IMG/VR virus record: IMGVR_UViG_3300028008_002028
Source: an uncultured virus (IMG/VR IMGVR_UViG_3300028008_002028)
Taxonomy: Duplodnaviria > Heunggongvirae > Uroviricota > Caudoviricetes
Strand: one strand, 5' to 3'
Length of the DNA stretch: 64,000 bases
The translations under genes and the position numbers were made by a program. The stretch's first letter is position 1, and each line of letters starts with the position of its first letter. Positions 57,606-64,000 of the stretch are shown one piece after another. The notes below the pieces were generated by a model. That model ran no database searches. It saw only the letters and a list, made by a program, of their open reading frames with translations, and was not told the DNA's origin.

Positions 57606-58868
57606 ATGAATTTTAAAAAAGTGGTACTACTTCTGTTAGCGGCAGTTGTAATGAATGTTGTAATTAATGCACATTATAGAAGCATACAAGAAACAATACA
57701 CGATGGAATAGCTTGGGTTTGGAATAAAAACAAAACTATAGGCGAAGCCATATATGATGTAAATGCGTGGGTTCTTAACGGTGACTCATTTGATGATGAA
57801 CGTAGAATTAAAGATTACATCTACAGTTCATATCCTAGCGTAGTAATGCTATCAGTTTTTCCTAACGAAGCAAATACAAACAACCAAGCAATCGGCCGAT
57901 TATCAGGTAGAGGTACAGGATTCTTTGTTAAAGTAACAGACGAGTATGGACTTGTAATGACTAATCATCACGTGGTTGACAGTTACATTGAAAACCCAGA
58001 CAAGATGAAAATTTCTATCAATACAGCAATTGACATGTGGTCATATGATGTAGAAGAAGTTGTTGGTTACGATATTGTGGCAGACATTGCTATTGTTAAA
58101 ATACTTAAAAAAGATAACGAAGATTGGGATGCATTAGAATTTGCAGATTACAAAGATATAAGCGAAGGTGATCCTGTTGTAGTTATTGGACATGGAATGA
58201 GTATGCCATGGAATAGCACACAAGGTATTGTTACATATGATGGCAGATTTGGACAACGTCCTTATTCATTGATGATGCAAGTTGACGCAGTTATTAACCA
58301 AGGCAACAGTGGTGGACCCATTATAGGCGAAGACCGTAAAGTGTTTGGCGTTGCACAAAGTATACTATCACCAGCAAGACAAATTCCAGGTTGGGATGGA
58401 GTAGGACTAGCAGTTGGAGCCAGACAAGCGGTTCGTAGCATGGACTATATTTTATCAGATGCGTATGCAGAAAAAGGCTATGTTCCATATGTAGAATTAT
58501 TGTTTAATTCTAAAAACTTTGAACTTGATGATGTTAAAGACATTAAGCGTGAAGATAGAAATATGGCATATATTCATTTTCCGGAAGAATCAGTTCAAGC
58601 ACCAAACATGGAAGCAGTTCCACGTGTAAAGACTGTAGGCGAACTAGCTGGACTGCAACAAGGCGATATAATTTTAGAACTAAACGGTAAAAAACTTCGT
58701 TCATCATTTACAATATTCTCAGATGCCATGTATGCATTACCCGGCGATATAGCAATAGTTAGAGTAAAACGTGGTGAAGAAGAACTAGAATTTACTCTCA
58801 CTTACAGAGAAACTGATTGGGAAGAATTACAACAATCAGTAGAATCATCACAAAATAGAGGAAGATAA
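57606..58868 (+). CDS. HtrA/DegP-like serine protease with PDZ domain
   Basis: TNHHV, DIA, NQGNSGGP, GLQQGDIILELNG; N-terminal anchor; TAAATA at 57567. Confidence 0.9.
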   Translation: MNFKKVVLLLLAAVVMNVVINAHYRSIQETIHDGIAWVWNKNKTIGEAIYDVNAWVLNGDSFDDERRIKDYIYSSYPSVVMLSVFPNEANTNNQAIGRLSGRGTGFFVKVTDEYGLVMTNHHVVDSYIENPDKMKISINTAIDMWSYDVEEVVGYDIVADIAIVKILKKDNEDWDALEFADYKDISEGDPVVVIGHGMSMPWNSTQGIVTYDGRFGQRPYSLMMQVDAVINQGNSGGPIIGEDRKVFGVAQSILSPARQIPGWDGVGLAVGARQAVRSMDYILSDAYAEKGYVPYVELLFNSKNFELDDVKDIKREDRNMAYIHFPEESVQAPNMEAVPRVKTVGELAGLQQGDIILELNGKKLRSSFTIFSDAMYALPGDIAIVRVKRGEEELEFTLTYRETDWEELQQSVESSQNRGR

Positions 58869-58871
58869 CGG

Positions 58872-58900
58872 TTGACACATTAGCCAAGATGTCTTATAAT
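58872..58900 (+). promoter_or_regulatory. Sigma70 promoter with inverted, shifted AAGATGTCTT palindrome (copy 5)
   Basis: TTGACA-cattagccAAGATGTCT-TATAAT. Confidence 0.85.
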
Positions 58901-58936
58901 AATATTATTATTAAATAAAACATCGAGGTAAATGAC

Positions 58937-60454
58937 ATGATCAGACGGTATTCGGCTATAGTATTACTCTTTTTTGCAACAGCATGTGTGACAGCAGAAG
59001 GTAATATTACATCAAAATGTGCAGACGGTACTGCACCAATTAAGGAAATTTCAGCAGACGGCAGCTATTATACAGGTGCTATTACTTGTGCAAACGGTCC
59101 AGTGCTAAGACCAGTAGCCGCTATTAACGTTCCAAAATATAATACAAAACTTATACAACCAGTTATCAGTGATCAGTACTTTGCTCATTATAAAACTTCA
59201 GAGTTGCAAAATGTAAAAATACCAAAAGACTTTGATTTTGTAGATGAAAGACGATTACGCTTTCTTATGGAACAAGGCGAATATCGCATTTATGCAAAGC
59301 AATGGGCAAATAATGGACCTAAAAACAAAGATAGATATAAAGTTAGTGGCTGTAAAGATGTATTACAACACTTTGCAATATCAAATAATCGGGATCAAGA
59401 AGTGCAGTTATACACCAGAGATGGTAAAAAATTAATGGTAATACCTGATGCTGGTCACAAATTAATGAATGGTTGTGTTCACAGTGTGCCAATGTTAATG
59501 CATCAAAATTACAAATATGCAATTGATGAGATGACAGATATTATTTTGCATCATGCAACCTATAGAAATGTACGTGAAGGATTTTTGCCTCCAAAAAGTG
59601 GTATTAATCATATGCAGTATCAAAAATACATATTGATGTCGCATACTGCTGAGTTCTACGCTTATTTCAAGGATTTGATGCCTTTAACACCGGAAGAACA
59701 TGAAATTATAACAGACTACTTTGACACTATTTTTGCTGGAAATATGTTTCATACACAAGAACGCAGACAGCAATGTGATATTAATAATCCATCAAGAAAT
59801 GCTTCTCAGAAAAATACTTTTAATGCGCCGTATGGTATTGGCATAAATGGTTGTGGAACATATGCATTCCAAATGACCAATGCAAGCCTATTGTATTCTA
59901 TATCAACAAACAATTCAGTACTGTTTGAACAAGCAAAGAAGAATGCTACACATATGCTAAGTAGTTTTGATGACGAAGGTATTCAGACTGCTCAAGCAAG
60001 TAGAGGTGCAATGGCTTGGGGGTATCATACAGATGTAACTATGAATTTAAGTTATATGGCTGAGATATTTAATTCCATTGGATATGACTTCTATGAACAT
60101 AAAATGCCACGTAGTGGAATTAAAGTAAAAGATGTAATGTTCAAACATTGGGAAGCAATTAACGATCATACTGTTTTATCCAAGTATGCAAAGTATAACA
60201 AAGGTGTATTTGAAAAGTGGACACCTGCATGGGATAAAGTTTCTACTCGTAGAGCAACATTGGCTGAGAAACCATGGCAACATATTGCACTAAGTAGCCC
60301 ACGTTTTATTAACACATATGTAGATACACTACCAATTAATGGCAGGAACGTAGATTTAAAGCAGGTAGTTGCAAGTAAAAGTGGTGGAAAAAATAATTGG
60401 TACAGCCAATGGGTTCCAAACGAGTACTTATACTATATGAATAAAAACAGGTGA
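58937..60454 (+). CDS. Putative lipoprotein with alginate-lyase-like C-terminal domain
   Basis: Lipobox-like FATAC; FDDEGIQTAQASRGAMAWGYH resembles alpha/alpha lyase motif. Confidence 0.5.
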   Translation: MIRRYSAIVLLFFATACVTAEGNITSKCADGTAPIKEISADGSYYTGAITCANGPVLRPVAAINVPKYNTKLIQPVISDQYFAHYKTSELQNVKIPKDFDFVDERRLRFLMEQGEYRIYAKQWANNGPKNKDRYKVSGCKDVLQHFAISNNRDQEVQLYTRDGKKLMVIPDAGHKLMNGCVHSVPMLMHQNYKYAIDEMTDIILHHATYRNVREGFLPPKSGINHMQYQKYILMSHTAEFYAYFKDLMPLTPEEHEIITDYFDTIFAGNMFHTQERRQQCDINNPSRNASQKNTFNAPYGIGINGCGTYAFQMTNASLLYSISTNNSVLFEQAKKNATHMLSSFDDEGIQTAQASRGAMAWGYHTDVTMNLSYMAEIFNSIGYDFYEHKMPRSGIKVKDVMFKHWEAINDHTVLSKYAKYNKGVFEKWTPAWDKVSTRRATLAEKPWQHIALSSPRFINTYVDTLPINGRNVDLKQVVASKSGGKNNWYSQWVPNEYLYYMNKNR

Positions 60455-60460
60455 TAATGG

Positions 60461-60489
60461 TTGACAAAATCATATAAGTATGATATAAT
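60461..60489 (+). promoter_or_regulatory. Sigma70-type promoter
   Basis: TTGACA-N17-TATAAT, extended TG; ATCATA-taag-TATGAT palindrome. Confidence 0.85.
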
Positions 60490-60517
60490 AGTGTATATTT
60501 AATAAAGATTTAGTAGA

Positions 60518-60588
60518 GTTGGTTTAAAGGAGTGGGCTCAGATGTGACCGCTGAAGCTCGAATCAACCGTCACAAAATCGGTCGCGTT
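60518..60588 (+). ncRNA. Candidate pseudoknotted cis-regulatory RNA
   Basis: GC-richer leader; nested stems with a 9-nt loop complementary to 60579-60587. Confidence 0.45.
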
Positions 60589-60604
60589 AATATAGGAGAA
60601 ATCT

Positions 60605-60826
60605 ATGTTAGACAAAATCTTAGGTGCTGTTCGCGGCGCTACAGAGGCTGGTGTATCGTTGATTGGTCTTGCTATCGTTTTACAAATCGTATTCGGTGGT
60701 TCAGTTCCTTTCTTAGGCGGTGACGTAATCGGCACTATCATCGGTATCGTATCACAACTTGGTGCGGCTGGTTTAGTAGGTCTTATTTCTGCAGCGGTAT
60801 TGTGGAAACTATTTACACGTGACTAA
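60605..60826 (+). CDS. Small very hydrophobic Gly-rich membrane protein
   Basis: SD AGGAG, own promoter and terminator, biased codon usage. Confidence 0.75.
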   Translation: MLDKILGAVRGATEAGVSLIGLAIVLQIVFGGSVPFLGGDVIGTIIGIVSQLGAAGLVGLISAAVLWKLFTRD

Positions 60827-60849
60827 TATATTAATTACACATTAATATC

Positions 60850-60879
60850 AAAAACCCAGTAGAAATACTGGGTTTTTTT
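60850..60879 (+). terminator. Rho-independent terminator
   Basis: AAAACCCAGTA-gaaa-TACTGGGTTTT followed by T-run. Confidence 0.9.
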
Positions 60880-60883
60880 ATGG

Positions 60884-60912
60884 TTGACAAATTGTATACA
60901 ATAGTATACAGT
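60884..60912 (+). promoter_or_regulatory. Sigma70-type promoter
   Basis: TTGACA-N17-TACAGT. Confidence 0.6.
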
Positions 60913-60919
60913 GAGTTAT

Positions 60920-61282
60920 ATGATAAAAATAATAAGTGTTTTTATTCTGCTTTTCACAACAGTAATACAAGCAGAAGAAGTTAAAGACTATAAACTTGCA
61001 GGAGATACATCCTGGTATATGACCGTAGAAAAAGGTATTGAAAGCGACCTTAACTATGGATACATTGGAAACTCTACACCTGTATTAGATGGGTTTATGA
61101 ATGTAAACTGGTCAGCTACATGGCAATTATTTACACCAGCAGGCGAAACACAAGAGTTTAGTTCTCAAACCTTAGGTGTAAGCAAAATGTTTACTTCTAA
61201 GTGGAGTGGTTATATCAGCAATAATTTAGATAAAAACTTCAAAAGAACTGAAACATGGATAGGAGCAACATACACATGGTAG
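60920..61282 (+). CDS. Secreted protein, possibly small outer-membrane beta-barrel
   Basis: Signal peptide; alternating beta pattern ending IGATYTW. Confidence 0.5.
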   Translation: MIKIISVFILLFTTVIQAEEVKDYKLAGDTSWYMTVEKGIESDLNYGYIGNSTPVLDGFMNVNWSATWQLFTPAGETQEFSSQTLGVSKMFTSKWSGYISNNLDKNFKRTETWIGATYTW

Positions 61283-61758
61283 AAAAAATACTTTGGGTTT
61301 TGTTCTTTACTGCCTTATTAGGTTTCAGTAGAATAATACCACATCCGTCAAACTTTACACCAATACTTGCAGTAGCAGTTTTTATTCCATACATCATGCG
61401 AAACAACCTAACAGCAATTCCAATAACACTTGGTGCTATGCTTATAGGTGATCTGTATTGGGGCTTTCACAGTTATATGCTATGGACATATGGTGCAGTA
61501 GTATTAGCAACACAACTACGTTTTAAAAATGTATTTGTCAGTGGAATAGGAGCAAGCATAATATTCTTTATAGTCACTAACTTTAGTGTGTGGCTAAGTG
61601 GATACTACGGCTTAACATTAGCAGGTTTATGGGCTTGTTATGTAGCGGCTATACCATTTTTTACCAATACTTTACTAGGAACATTGTTTTATACTGGTGT
61701 GTTTTGGGCAATATACCAGGTAGCTAAAAGTGGTTTTTTATTGCAAAAAGTCAAATAA
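61276..61758 (+). CDS. DUF6580-like membrane protein (ECF S-component-like)
   Basis: SRIIPHPSNFTPI...FFIVTNFSVW...CYVAAIPFF. Confidence 0.65.
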   Translation: MVEKILWVLFFTALLGFSRIIPHPSNFTPILAVAVFIPYIMRNNLTAIPITLGAMLIGDLYWGFHSYMLWTYGAVVLATQLRFKNVFVSGIGASIIFFIVTNFSVWLSGYYGLTLAGLWACYVAAIPFFTNTLLGTLFYTGVFWAIYQVAKSGFLLQKVK

Positions 61759-61762
61759 AAGG

Positions 61763-61791
61763 TTGACAACCAAGACATCTTACTGTATACT
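61763..61791 (+). promoter_or_regulatory. Early sigma70 promoter with AAGACATCTT palindrome (copy 6)
   Basis: Identical to copy 3 over 62 bp. Confidence 0.9.
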
Positions 61792-61824
61792 ATAAGTATA
61801 GTTAATAAAAAAGGGAAGGATATA

Positions 61825-62052
61825 ATGAACAAACAACAGTTAAAAAATTTACTTGAAGTTAAGTTTGCAAGTCCAATTACTGAATGTAGCTATGCAAAAG
61901 GTATTCCAATGCATATGCTAGAAGATGTAAAAAAACATTTTCCTGGTAAATGGCTATACAAATACAGAGGTCCATCAACTGCAACATTTAAGCGATCTCC
62001 ATATAATACTATTATGGAACATGCTACATCTTTTGCACTTTATTACAAATAA
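61825..62052 (+). CDS. Hypothetical early protein
   Basis: ORF after promoter copy 6. Confidence 0.65.
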   Translation: MNKQQLKNLLEVKFASPITECSYAKGIPMHMLEDVKKHFPGKWLYKYRGPSTATFKRSPYNTIMEHATSFALYYK

Positions 62053-62066
62053 GAATAGGAAATATT

Positions 62067-62246
62067 ATGAAAACATTTACATTTGAAAATCATTTAGGTG
62101 AGACGTTTACTGCAAAAGCAGAAAAAGGTTTAGACGTAATGGAAGATGCAAACAAGGCTATATTGTGGCCTACTTGGAAAGACGGAATGTGGCAACAAGT
62201 AAGCGAAACAAAGTTTGTTTGGGTTTTGGGTAGATTTTTTGATTAA
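62067..62246 (+). CDS. 59-aa hypothetical protein (below cutoff)
   Basis: SD AGGA; MKTFTFENHLGETFTAKAEKGLDVMEDAN... Confidence 0.6.
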   Translation: MKTFTFENHLGETFTAKAEKGLDVMEDANKAILWPTWKDGMWQQVSETKFVWVLGRFFD

Positions 62247-62251
62247 AAAGG

Positions 62252-62280
62252 TTGACAGGTAAGACATCTTGCCGTATAAT
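62252..62280 (+). promoter_or_regulatory. Early sigma70 promoter with AAGACATCTT palindrome (copy 7)
   Basis: TTGACA-ggtAAGACATCTTgccg-TATAAT. Confidence 0.9.
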
Positions 62281-62313
62281 ATTAGTATAGACATTAAAAA
62301 ACAGGAGTTGAAT

Positions 62314-62658
62314 ATGATAAACTATGATGCAAATGAAATTAACATGATTGTTACACGTGCAAAGCAAGCCGCTTATGAAGCCGCTAGTGATTACTTTATG
62401 GAAAAACTAGATGGTAAAGACAATTATCCTTGTGGATTTGCATGGGTGAATATCTATGGTATTAAAGGTAATACTAAACTAGGTCGTGCTATGAAACAAG
62501 CTGGTGTTAAACAAGACTACACTAAAGCATTTCAAATTTACAACCCTTCAGGTGTTAGTGTGCAAAACGTTGATGTCAAAGAAGCAGGCGCCGAAGCGGC
62601 AGCTAAAGTTTTTGAGTCATTTGGTTTTAAAGCATATGCTGGTTCAAGGTTAGACTAA
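62314..62658 (+). CDS. Hypothetical early protein
   Basis: SD AGGAG; CGFAWV...KEAGA.A...AGSRLD. Confidence 0.7.
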   Translation: MINYDANEINMIVTRAKQAAYEAASDYFMEKLDGKDNYPCGFAWVNIYGIKGNTKLGRAMKQAGVKQDYTKAFQIYNPSGVSVQNVDVKEAGAEAAAKVFESFGFKAYAGSRLD

Positions 62659-62678
62659 TAAATTAATAGGAGAATACT

Positions 62679-63104
62679 ATGTCAAAATATAAAAAACGTA
62701 TAGAAGTTGATCAGTTTGAAGTAATGACTGGTCAAGAAGCAAAATTAGTAAAAGCAGCAGCAGGTTATATTCATAGAAATGGTATCCGTTACCCAGATAA
62801 TATGCCAAACACAGTAATATTTCGCTCAGACAATGCACTTGATTTAATCAATGCGATGAAGAACAAATGTTGGGATCATACTGAGATTTCTTCTACAAGA
62901 GATTTAATAGGATATGATGTGTATGTTATTGTTAACTCTACTGTAGTTAATGACTTAGGTACTGAATTTGCTATTAAAGCCAAAGCAACAAGTTCAGCAA
63001 TTGATGTTGTTGATAATACTAAAATGTGGACTAGTTCAATGTTTGCAGATCCAGATGTAATGTTAGATAAGGCTATAGAAGCTGATACAATAGAGGGTTG
63101 CTAA
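62679..63104 (+). CDS. Hypothetical protein
   Basis: SD AGGAG. Confidence 0.6.
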   Translation: MSKYKKRIEVDQFEVMTGQEAKLVKAAAGYIHRNGIRYPDNMPNTVIFRSDNALDLINAMKNKCWDHTEISSTRDLIGYDVYVIVNSTVVNDLGTEFAIKAKATSSAIDVVDNTKMWTSSMFADPDVMLDKAIEADTIEGC

Positions 63105-63278
63105 ATGGTAGATGTTTTAAAAGATATCGAAGTGCTAGAAAATGCACTTATTCAAATCCAAGAAGGTGCAAGCGATGAAGTATACGCTGCACTATGGAGC
63201 TTGGAAAAGCTCTTAATAGAAAAGAAGGATATGGTTGCTGAGTTTGAAGCAACTGCTCCTAACACAGTCGGAGGCTAG
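63105..63278 (+). CDS. 57-aa hypothetical protein (below cutoff)
   Basis: MVDVLKDIEVLENALIQIQEGASDE..., abuts previous stop. Confidence 0.55.
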   Translation: MVDVLKDIEVLENALIQIQEGASDEVYAALWSLEKLLIEKKDMVAEFEATAPNTVGG

Positions 63279-63283
63279 ACTAT

Positions 63284-63751
63284 ATGAGAAACAATGAAAA
63301 TGTTGGCAGAGGATTAATTGTTATAGCAATTTTACTTGTTGGCTTTATAATTGCAAATCCAGTATTTGCTAAAGAAGTAAAGATGGTGGAATATGATTTT
63401 CCTATCACACGAATTATTGATGGTGATACCGTAGCCTTTGAGGCAGACTTTTTACCAGATCCACTGAAGCAAGAATTAAGCATTCGTGTGTACGGTGTTG
63501 ATACTCCCGAAAAGAGTTGGAGAGGCAAATGTGAAAGTGAACAAGCACTAGGCGAAAAGGCCAGTAAGTTTACTAAGAAACTAATTGCCAATGGTGATGT
63601 TATTAAGGTTGCTATTTACAAATGGGATAAATTTGGTGGGCGTGTATTGGGTGATATAATTATTGATGGCAAAAGTCTTAGGCATGCTCTTATTGCCAAA
63701 GGATATGCACGTGAATACTATGGAGATAAAAAGGAGAGCTGGTGTGAATAA
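63284..63751 (+). CDS. Thermonuclease (SNase-like) with N-terminal anchor
   Basis: IIDGDT, IRVYGVDTPE, DKFGGRVLG, GYAREY. Confidence 0.9.
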   Translation: MRNNENVGRGLIVIAILLVGFIIANPVFAKEVKMVEYDFPITRIIDGDTVAFEADFLPDPLKQELSIRVYGVDTPEKSWRGKCESEQALGEKASKFTKKLIANGDVIKVAIYKWDKFGGRVLGDIIIDGKSLRHALIAKGYAREYYGDKKESWCE

Positions 63752-63771
63752 CGCCGGTTAAAGAGGAGGCA

Positions 63772-63798
63772 AGAGAGCGCCTTAACTGGCGCTTTTTT
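63772..63798 (+). terminator. Rho-independent, possibly bidirectional terminator
   Basis: AGCGCC-ttaact-GGCGCT followed by T-run, between convergent genes. Confidence 0.7.
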
Positions 63799-64000
63799 GT
63801 GACTTACAGCTCATCACACAAATTGGCGGTGGGTTATCGCTTTCCCAACCTTCGTGATATATGTATTTTTGAAATAACTCGTGTTCTATGATTTCATGCA
63901 TGTCTTTATATTCTAAGTTATTCCAATTTGGATCTTTATCAAATACATCCATTATTGTTTTGTCATTTTGCATAGCTGGAATGTTATCATCATGCTTAAA
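63782..64000 (-). CDS. C-terminus of a minus-strand gene (possibly SPASM-type radical SAM), truncated
   Basis: Frame open to window end; ends W...PPPICVMSC like the 56482 C-terminus. Confidence 0.5.
   Translation of the reverse strand, partial: FKHDDNIPAMQNDKTIMDVFDKDPNWNNLEYKDMHEIIEHELFQKYIYHEGWESDNPPPICVMSCKSQKSAS

Noticed and set aside
60495..60604. Cobalamin or SAM riboswitch assignment for the 60.5-kb leader
   Set aside because: No B12-box or recognisable SAM consensus, and a terminator separates it from the DUF6580-like gene
81..63591. Numerous minus-strand and alternate-frame ORFs in the track (e.g. 2016-2489, 15481-16062, 32709-33206, 37301-37891)
   Set aside because: They lie within well-supported + strand genes, lack SD or motifs, and read as antisense shadows
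1..64000. tRNA genes (expected given the CCA enzyme), rRNA, introns, inteins, transposases, reverse transcriptase/DGR
   Set aside because: No cloverleaf or such motifs found by eye; intergenic gaps are short. A tRNAscan run would be needed to exclude tRNAs fully
1..64000. Stop-codon reassignment
   Set aside because: Conserved genes (polB, thyA, lig, pepA) are full length in the standard code and TAA, TAG and TGA all end genes at coupled junctions

Overview
A 64-kb, AT-rich, densely coding segment of a large tailed dsDNA phage genome (T4-like/jumbo-type gene content, probably marine; FdxA and PepA look alphaproteobacterial, which is an inference). Nearly all real genes are on the + strand in the standard code. 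Recognisable genes: a 5'-truncated tail-fibre-like protein, PepA, ATP-dependent ligase, UvsE, CCA-adding enzyme, DsbA-like protein and family-B DNA polymerase, SleB-like hydrolase, QueD, Ugd fusion, FdxA/NifU/IscA, Apt, MazG, a DnaE fragment, GroES, ClpP, clamp loader, DHFR, ThyA, HtrA and thermonuclease, interleaved with many tailoring enzymes (radical SAM, 2OG-Fe(II) oxygenases, desaturase, sulfotransferase-like, SGNH-like). The most interesting signals read from the sequence are: (1) a ~15-kb array of unrelated proteins sharing a short N-terminal M-[KRLF]-[IL]-x-[DEN]-[ILV]...E leader resembling a capsid-targeting/prohead-protease signal, including a CCA-adding enzyme, a RegB/RelE-like domain, a PD-(D/E)xK-like nuclease and apparent polyproteins of small modules joined by [LIVM]-x-E sites; (2) a TAAATA late-promoter motif placed exactly 5 nt before five start codons (leaderless mRNAs), which also predicts a transcript starting exactly at a preQ1-I-like pseudoknot upstream of queD; (3) seven sigma70 promoters carrying one AAGA-N2-TCTT palindrome; (4) a second pseudoknot leader at 60.5 kb; (5) a MotA/MotB-like membrane module. 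All functional calls come from motif recognition by eye; no searches were run.
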